Assembly: GCA_030167865.1 (NCBI GenBank)
Contig: JALAGF010002920.1
Coordinates: 1-39,729, forward strand
DNA: 39,729 nt
Direction: 5' to 3'
DNA from: Craspedostauros australis
Lineage: Eukaryota
Position numbers and translations under genes: made by a program
In this document: positions 32,486-39,729 of the stretch, one piece after another
Layout: every line of letters starts with the position of its first letter
How positions within the stretch are numbered: the stretch's first letter is position 1
The notes under the pieces: model-generated
Databases searched by the model: none
What the model saw: the letters and a program-made list of their open reading frames with translations, nothing else
What the model was told of the DNA's origin: nothing

Positions 32486-34615
32486 CTAACTGAAGGTGTC
32501 GTCCATCATCCGTCGCTTTCCCTTCACCTCGTACTTTCCGTACTTCTTCCATCGTGACTTCTTGATGACATCTTTCGGCTCGGGGATGCGGTGCCAGATG
32601 TTGAAGTCTTCTGTCTGTGTTGGGTGACCAGACACGGTGGCGCCGTCTTGCTCTTCGAAGACTCCAACACCTCCGCAGACATGGATCGTGCCATCAACAC
32701 CGACCACGATGGAATGGACGAATCCGCATTCGACGTCAATCGCCTTGACCGGCGCATCGGCAGTGCCCACGTGTACTCTTCTTGGCAATAGCGCGTTATC
32801 GCACTCAGTGCCAAGTCCAATGCGCCCTCGATCACGCTTGCCCCAGCCGTATACATCACCGGTGGTGGTCACCGCCATGCTGGTGTCCACACCCGCGCTC
32901 ATTTGCACAATCCGAATTTGTTCATCATCGAAGTGCTGAATTCTCATAGGAATCATGGTGGGGTTGGTGTCGCCGTGACCGAGACAGCCGCTGATTCCAG
33001 CGCCGCAAGAGTACATACCACCATGCTCATCAAGCAACAGCGTGTGCCGATGACCTGCGCTTGCGCCCACAATCTTGATCGTCTTCATGGAGTCGATGAT
33101 CTTCGGGATGCACTGATCGCTCGAGTCCTCCAACGACAGCTGTGCGATGCGGTCCAGGTACGCGATCAGCTCTTGCGCTGCGTTCATCACGGGCGGTTCG
33201 GTGTCAGCGCCACCATCATCAGATGCTGATGGCTGTGGTGCTTCTGCTACTTCTTGTGCAGGTTCAGGCGCAGCTGCCGGTGCCGCAGGTGCCTGTGCAT
33301 CGGCTTCTTCTGCGTTCGCCCGATCCGCGAGCGTCTCCATCTCATCCTCAAACCCTGCGAGGGCTGCCTCCGGGTCATGATCGAAGGGGGTGAAGCTGCG
33401 CCCCAGGACGCCGAAATGGCCAAGCCCAAAGGTGAAGACCTCGCCCTCCTCCGTGACTGCGACTGTGTGACGTGCTCCGCAGCTCACCATGGCGATGCAT
33501 TCATCTTCCAGATCCCCAGCCGTGACCTGAACCGGGGACACCTGAGGCCGTTTGTCGGCGTGGCCCAGCTGTCCGCAGAAGCCGTCGCCCCAGGTGTACA
33601 AGTCTCCGTCTGTCGTGATGGCCGCGCTGTGCAGTTCACCTGCCGAGACGCAGACGCAGCGGACGCCCGAGAGCGCATCGACGTACTGCGGCCTCAGCAC
33701 GTCGGGCAGCTGCTTTCCACCAGAGTACCCGTGCCCCAGAGCTCCGTACTGACCAGTACCAAACGACAGCACGCGCCCGGTGGATGTCAGCAACAGCGTG
33801 TGTGCGACGCGCACAATGCCACCACCGGCAGACACCTGCACGATACGAATGCCGTACCCGATGCCACCGAGAATCATCTTGGGCTCCCGCTGATCCATCC
33901 TCCTGCCATGGCCCAGCTGCCCGCGCTTTCCGACGCCCCATGTCGCGATGCCCGAGCCGCCGGCACCTGTCGAGCCTCCGCCGCCGACGCGACAGACGGA
34001 GTGCTCCGGGGAAACGGACACGAACCGGCCGTTGACGAATGGCGGGAGCAGCGCAGGTTCCTTGCCACCATAGTTCTGCGTGGCGTATCCCAGCGCCGCT
34101 TCATCGAGGAACCGCAGGTACGATACGAATTCGTTGACGAAGGTCTTCAACGTCTTGATCTTGACGGTGAGACGACCGGTTTCGCCGCCGCCGTAGGAGC
34201 GCTTGACGATCTCGCGGGCGTCGTCCTGGCTGGCACACAGGTCGATGCGACCCACGGCGCCCTGCATGGCCTTGTCGGGTCTGTGCAAACGAGACATGAG
34301 GATGGGATATCGCCCATCGATCAGCAGCCGGCAGAAGTCCTTGCAGCAGAAGGTCATGACGCCGATGTCACGTGCGGACAGGAACTTGAAGATGTGATGC
34401 ACGAAGTCATCGGGCAAAAGTTGGAAACAGTTGGGTCCAGAGATGGTGGCTGCAGCCCCGCTAGAAAGTGCCGATCCTTTGCTGGATGCGCCATTGGTGC
34501 TGCCGCCCTTGGCTGTCTTTTTCTCCTTCTGCTCCTTCGCGAGCCGCCGTGCCTCGCGCTTCTGCTCCAACAGCAGCTTCTTTTGCGCCTTCTCGGCGAT
34601 GGTCAATTTGGGCAT
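32486..34615 (-). CDS. F-box + RCC1-repeat beta-propeller protein (709 aa)
   Basis: F-box-like [29 protein letters not shown]. Repeats of the form V.AG..HS/T....G.v..WG.g..GqLG occur about 7 times. Lys-rich termini. Confidence 0.88.
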   Translation of the reverse strand: MPKLTIAEKAQKKLLLEQKREARRLAKEQKEKKTAKGGSTNGASSKGSALSSGAAATISGPNCFQLLPDDFVHHIFKFLSARDIGVMTFCCKDFCRLLIDGRYPILMSRLHRPDKAMQGAVGRIDLCASQDDAREIVKRSYGGGETGRLTVKIKTLKTFVNEFVSYLRFLDEAALGYATQNYGGKEPALLPPFVNGRFVSVSPEHSVCRVGGGGSTGAGGSGIATWGVGKRGQLGHGRRMDQREPKMILGGIGYGIRIVQVSAGGGIVRVAHTLLLTSTGRVLSFGTGQYGALGHGYSGGKQLPDVLRPQYVDALSGVRCVCVSAGELHSAAITTDGDLYTWGDGFCGQLGHADKRPQVSPVQVTAGDLEDECIAMVSCGARHTVAVTEEGEVFTFGLGHFGVLGRSFTPFDHDPEAALAGFEDEMETLADRANAEEADAQAPAAPAAAPEPAQEVAEAPQPSASDDGGADTEPPVMNAAQELIAYLDRIAQLSLEDSSDQCIPKIIDSMKTIKIVGASAGHRHTLLLDEHGGMYSCGAGISGCLGHGDTNPTMIPMRIQHFDDEQIRIVQMSAGVDTSMAVTTTGDVYGWGKRDRGRIGLGTECDNALLPRRVHVGTADAPVKAIDVECGFVHSIVVGVDGTIHVCGGVGVFEEQDGATVSGHPTQTEDFNIWHRIPEPKDVIKKSRWKKYGKYEVKGKRRMMDDTFS

Positions 34616-35219
34616 CTTCTTTTGTCTCTCGCCTTCGTAGGCACCAACTCGTATGCTGCAGAGTAGAGAGCAGAGAGTATCGTGCTACTGTATAATGCTA
34701 TAATAGCAATGAAAACAGTACTATAGTCGTACTTGGATGGTGGGTGTGGACGGAGCGCTGTTATGTTGTCGCAATCCATTTGTGTGCCTGTGAGAGTGAG
34801 AGCCGAAGTGCGTGCATGTGGGTCATTTGTTGTTTGATGTGTCTGCGTGTGCGTGTGTGTGTGTTGTTCTTCTGTTCTGTTGGTTTTTGTGTGGTGGTGG
34901 TTGTTCTGTGCGACGCAGCGAGATGAGATTCGCCACGACGAATTCTTCGAATCAACCAATGATCGGAGGCATTCATTCACGAGTATCCGAGTCCCGCGTA
35001 AACGCAAGAAAATCTCATGTTGGGTCCAAATCTGGTTTGCATCACCAACATGCAGAAATGGAGCAATTTGGAGTGAATAACGAAGTGTTGCACTCTTTGG
35101 ATTAAGCTGTGCGAGCAATCATATGTTGCACAATAGTATTCTAGGTTGATAGAAGGCCCCTTGCCTCGTTTGCGTGAATGTTTGCTTGCTTTCAAATTGG
35201 CTTTCTCGCACGTGGTGTT

Positions 35220-38200
35220 CTATTTCGAATGATATGGTCCTTCGATTGCCGCCTGTGCCTTCTGCGGCGCTTCCTGTACCATCCGGATTTGCCTCTGATG
35301 ATGCGACGATGCCGTCAGGCCGCTGGATTTTTCCGACGCGGTGTGATCATCCGCATGTATCCAGTACGTCTGCATCTCCCCCTTCCCTTTTGCAAAGACC
35401 TTCACGTCACGAGCCTTCAACCAATCTGCCTTTCCATTGATGATCAAACAATCAGCGGCGGTTTGCGATGCTTGGACGCGGCCCGGGACTCCAGTGCTCT
35501 CCATCCGAGAAGCTGTGTTCACGGTGTCGCCAAACAATTGGAATCGCGACTTGTCTCCTCGCAGCACACCGCCCGTGACGCCTCCCGAATGCATGCCGAT
35601 CCTCAGGGTGAGGTTGCTGGTATCCTCTCCTAGCCGCTCGGCGAGATTGTCGACGATGTGCGCAAGCTTGTGGAGACAATCGCTGGCAAACTTTGCCATT
35701 CGCACGGCGTGGTCGCTTTGCGGTTCTGCGGAACATGTAATCATTGCAACGAGGTGAGATTCGATCTTCAGATCTCATCATGACTTCAACAGATAAACAC
35801 GGCAGAGATAGCAATGCTCAATACAGGTCCTTGCCGTACAGACCGACAATGCTGCGAGACAAATCAAACCGCTGACTTACCTGGAAGACCAGTGACGGCC
35901 ATGTAGCAATCCCCAATGGTCTATCGTATAATACCATATGACAGTATTGGAGACGAGAGGATAGACATTCCAAAGCGATCAGGCAACCCCCAAAAAAAGC
36001 AAGCAAGTGGGTGAGTGTGACAGGGGGTTTGTAATACGGTCAAATGGTAATTCGGAAATTCTACCGGAGTACCGCACTTGTACGAGTAGTATTCTGGAGT
36101 TGTGTGTTTCGATGAGACATGTTGGAAGATCCTGCTGTGCCAACATTATTCTCCAAGATATCGAAATGGACCTACGTGGGCACATACGCACATAAGCAAC
36201 CATACGCGCCGACATCCATGTGTCACGAGGTCACCATACGAGTATTCACATGTGCATGCACTTACCTCGACCTTGAACACCCCTCGTTTCAATGCGATCG
36301 CGTCAAATGCCTTGAACATGGTTTCCAACAGATGGAACACCTGCTCTGGCTCTCGGCTGGAACTCCACTTGGTGAAACCTGCCAGATCGGCAAAGAAGAC
36401 TGTGGTTTCTGGGAATTTCTCGGCGATTGGTGAGCCTCCGATTGTTTGGTTCGCCGCGACATTGAATGTCTTGAAAGCAGTCTCCTTCTCATGATCGGCT
36501 GCCGCCTTTCCATTGCGACCGGTTCTCGCGTGGCCGTCGCCGTCGTTGATGACTCGTTCGCGGACGTTCTCCGGGAAGAGCGTCGATACCAGTGCTGTAG
36601 ATTTCACGGCGCGATCCAGCACGATGCGCTGCCGCCGTTCCACGCAACAATCGTACACAATGAAGATAAAGATGGCCACGATGAAGCTGCACCCGATCGT
36701 GATAGACTCGATTTTCGCATCATCGGTGATGTAAGTATCCCTGAAGTCGTCCGTGGGATACACCCGGATGTTGTAGTCGATGAAATCATTGCTCAGATCA
36801 ACGGCCGTGAATGTCTTCGTTTGGACGTTCGCGTTGCTGTTCACGTAGTCTACCACATTGATCTCGCGGACCATGTCGTCGTACTTGGAGCTGTGAAAAT
36901 CTCCAAAACCGAGAAATGTTGCCTCTGATCCGTCGATTCGATAGGATGCCTGCTGCCCAAGCGTATTGGTCAGCACGAAGAGCAAGCCTCTGACGTTGTC
37001 GGAGAAGATGTTCTTCAAGAAGAGATTCCAGTACATGGTTGTAAAGAGCATGCCAGAAACCTTCCTCCCTGGCCCGAACGTGTCGAATACTGGCATTGAT
37101 AGAGACGTCACAGGATCGAATCTGTAGCGTTCCGCTCGGTGCCGGTATTGGCCATGCTGGAGGAAGAGGTTGTACATGGACGTGGGGGCAGCATGTGCCT
37201 CCTGTGTGTTGTCCAACTGGGACATGACATCGAGCGAGGCCTGTGAACGATTGTAGACAACGTCGATCGAACCTTCCGCGAAAGGCGTTTGGCCCAGGTT
37301 CAACCCAATGACTTGAACAGCCTCCGGCAGCAAGGGCGTTGCCTGCCACACGGGGAAGTATGGTTCCTTGAGCTGTGCAGTGCGGTTGCATGTGGATTGA
37401 ATTCAGAGTAGGTGTGGTTGTCCAAAGCATACAATACGGCGAACACGGTTACGAAGGAATATGTAAGTATGGTATTCGTAGGCATCAGACCACCATGCGA
37501 GTGGCGACGTGTGAGTATGTCCTGACAGAATGTAGTGGTGCATACATTCGGTCAGAGCATCAGAGAGGTTGTGCACAAGTGAAGCAACAAAGATGCCGTC
37601 AATGAAGAGGAGTCGAGGCAATGCCAGCATGGACCCGAGCTCCAGCATTCATCGCCAGCTCGCGGCGATCACGTACCGGTCGCCGTGGTTCGATTGGCGG
37701 ATTCATAACGTCCTTCGGGATGAGATAGTCCTTCACCAGGATACTCGGGTACGAAACATTCACGTGTTCGTGGCCGTAGATGTTATCCTGGATCCGTTTC
37801 TCTATCTCTTCGTTCTGAATGGACCTCACCATCTCGTCCTGTTGGCTCGAGATGTAGGAGAGCCATCCATCTTTGGTCTCCTCCGTGACGAGCGGCGCGA
37901 AATAAATGATGATGGCATCGCCCGCGACGCGTGCGACGGATCCGCTGTATTCGAAGTAAGGCAGCGTGACGTTGGGGAAGGTCGATCCGCTTGACAGAGC
38001 ATGGGTGGTGTAGGTAACGGCAAGGCTGTCGATGGCGGACAGCTTGGAGCGGATGGCGATGGTGAACGCCTCGATGACTCGCGCTGCGTGGAAGTAGAAC
38101 TGATCGTTGAACTCTCCCTTCTCTCTGTCCGAAACGATGTGGTACACACTGAGCGATGCTGCCAGAGCGATGGCGATGAAGACGAAGGCAACGCAAAGGC

Positions 38201-38447
38201 GCAGGATCCAGATGATCTTTGTTTCTTGCTTGGCGAGCGTCTGGCGTTCCTTGAGGGCGGCCTGCTGCTTGATGCCCATCCCGGAAGAACTGCGGTGGTC
38301 TGCGGATGATACTGAAAACTCGCCAGACGGAGATAGAATCCCCACCCCGGGTTCTTCTGAGCCCGTGGAAGACCCATCGCCATCGCGGCTATCTGTCATT
38401 GTCATGAGGAGCTTCGATTCGACGCGAGTTTGTGGCTTTGTTGGCAT
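35220..38447 (-). CDS. Membrane class III adenylate/guanylate cyclase with a CHASE-like extracellular domain; complement join(37677..38447,36266..37372,35881..35920,35220..35725), 807 aa
   Basis: Two TMs flank a sensor region (TFPNVTLP, PLV, PYFPVWQ). The cyclase core reads FPETTVFFADLAGFTKWSS..FKVE|TIGDCYMAVTGLP|EPQSDHA..RIGMHSG.V..GVL..RFQLFGDTVNTASRMES..KGKGEMQTYW. Three canonical GT-AG introns give an uninterrupted frame of 2424 nt. Confidence 0.92.
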
Positions 38448-38466
38448 GTCCAAGTCCAGCTTGGTT

Positions 38467-38508
38467 CTGTGAGTTGGCTGTGAGTTGGCTGTGAGTTGGC
38501 TGTGAGTG
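38467..38508. repeat. 11-bp tandem repeat (CTGTGAGTTGG) x ~3.7, just upstream of the cyclase ATG
   Basis: ctgtgagttggctgtgagttggctgtgagttggctgtgagtg read directly. Confidence 0.85.
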
Positions 38509-38690
38509 GGTGCGAGAGTGTGGTGGTGTTGTTTCGTTTTTGTAAAATCGGGGAGCTGGATTATGTCTGCCTCGTTCCTGTTGTTGTTCACTCTGATCCA
38601 AGCGCGTGTCGTTTTACTGGCAGATTGTCTTCATTGCGTGCAATTCCGTGGATGTTTGTGGGTGGCTTTCTTGTGTTGCTGCCGAGTGTC

Positions 38691-39729
38691 TTAACCCTCT
38701 TTTTCCTTGCGTGTGACCTTGGGGGGGGGGGGGAGAACGGAAAATCGAGGGTTATCCGAAGTATGGAAACTTCACTAAATTTGCGTAAACCAAACAAAGT
38801 TTGCCAAAGTTATCCGACAATATGCCTTGTTTTGGACATTTAGCTTATGCTACACCCAAAGTAGAACAATGTACACAGTAGACAACACAGTGGGAAGCTA
38901 CAAGGGATGCCAAAATGTCGTTGTTGCACAGAATATGCCTCTTCTTGTTTCAGACTTTTGAAGAAAATACAGGATTTTCGATTTGTTCTGAATTGATTGC
39001 TAAAGTTGGTAGTGCGACACAAACTCGCACATTGTTCGGTATTATTCCTATTCATTTCCACGGTGCCCATGCAACTGTGCCAGGCTGGGGTCCTCTCTGT
39101 CTTCCACATGGTGTTTTCATGGCATCGCCCTTTCCTTCCTGAGGTGTATGAGATGCCGTCTGCATGCTGTGCTTTCCTTACCTCCTGCGATTGGGGTGCC
39201 ACTACTGCTGCTCCCGTTTTCGTGTTCACCTGATGATTCGGCTTTCAACTGCTGCTGTTGCTACTGTGATTAGTCTGTGCACCTGATCCTGATGTTGGCA
39301 CTGTTGAAGTTTCTCCATGGCTTTCTGTGCTGTCATCAGTATCTCCTGGTACATTTGGAGCGATCCCATCGGTGCCCTCATGCATGGTGGTGACTTCTCC
39401 ATCGACTTTCTCTGCTCGTCCCAATTCTGTCTCTTCCGTGATTGCTGCTGCTGCTGGTGTGTTTCCAGAAACTTGTCCTCCTCCTCGTCCTGCTGCTTCA
39501 GCTGTGATCAGTGGTGGTGGCGGAGGTGGCATATTGGATACTCCTGCTCCTGCTGTGGTTGCTGGTGGTGGTGGTGATGGTGTGCTTCCAGAAACTCGGT
39601 CTCCTCCTGTTGCTGTTGTGGTTGCTGCTGGTGGTGGTGGTGGTAGTGGTGGAGGAGGTAGCATATTGGATGCTTCTGCTCCTGCTGTGGTTGCCGGTGC
39701 GATTCCGGAAACTCGTCCTCCTGCTGCTC
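38691..39729. mobile_element. Probable terminus of a piggyBac-like (TTAA-specific) DNA transposon or other methylated repeat, continuing beyond the window
   Basis: TTAA followed by CCCT at 38691, then an abrupt fall in GC and CpG content. Subterminal direct repeat GTTATCCGA at 38751 and 38809, and a G13 run at 38721-38733. The other end is not visible. Confidence 0.45.
38840..39729 (-). pseudogene. Partial repetitive Pro/Thr/Gly/Ala-rich reading frame interrupted by one in-frame TGA
   Basis: The frame is open from the window edge to TGA 39245-39247 and continues in the same frame to 38840. Internal repeats (..RVSG..P, TTAGA..SNM.PPPP) have a ~120-132 nt period. Confidence 0.45.

Noticed and set aside
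32486-34615. Possible UVR8 photoreceptor
   Set aside because: It lacks the GWRHT tryptophan-triad motifs (it has GARHT, GHRHT, GELHS) and has an F-box.
33254-34666. 470-aa plus-strand ORF (similarly 3311..4711, 9079..10095, 20024..21127, 21536..22672)
   Set aside because: Antisense shadows of well-supported minus-strand genes.
38467-38508. Tandem repeat as a CRISPR-like or telomeric array
   Set aside because: There are no spacers, only ~4 copies of an 11-mer, and it is not a telomere motif.

Overview
Eukaryotic nuclear DNA, most likely a diatom or related stramenopile. This is inferred from short GT(A/G)-AG introns with GTACGT/GTAAGT donors, high gene density, and diatom-type LRR and CHASE-like cyclase families. 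The window holds about 13 protein genes: TIM17, a protist single-subunit-type STT3 oligosaccharyltransferase with a C-terminal ankyrin-like module, an ankyrin-repeat protein, a kinesin-7, an unknown protein, a Rab8-like GTPase (1 intron), an HRD1-type RING-H2 ligase, a type II membrane LRR protein, an HRI-like eIF2-alpha kinase, a convergent pair of bacterial-type enzymes with mitochondrial-like presequences (Rid2/YoaB-like deaminase and MetY O-acetylhomoserine sulfhydrylase), an F-box/RCC1 protein, and a 4-exon membrane nucleotidyl cyclase. The last ~1 kb begins with TTAA-CCCT, is CpG-poor, carries an interrupted repetitive ORF, and looks like the end of a piggyBac-like element. The most interesting items are the Rid2+MetY pair, the STT3-ankyrin fusion and the HRI-like architecture. 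All assignments come from motif recognition by eye; no searches were run.
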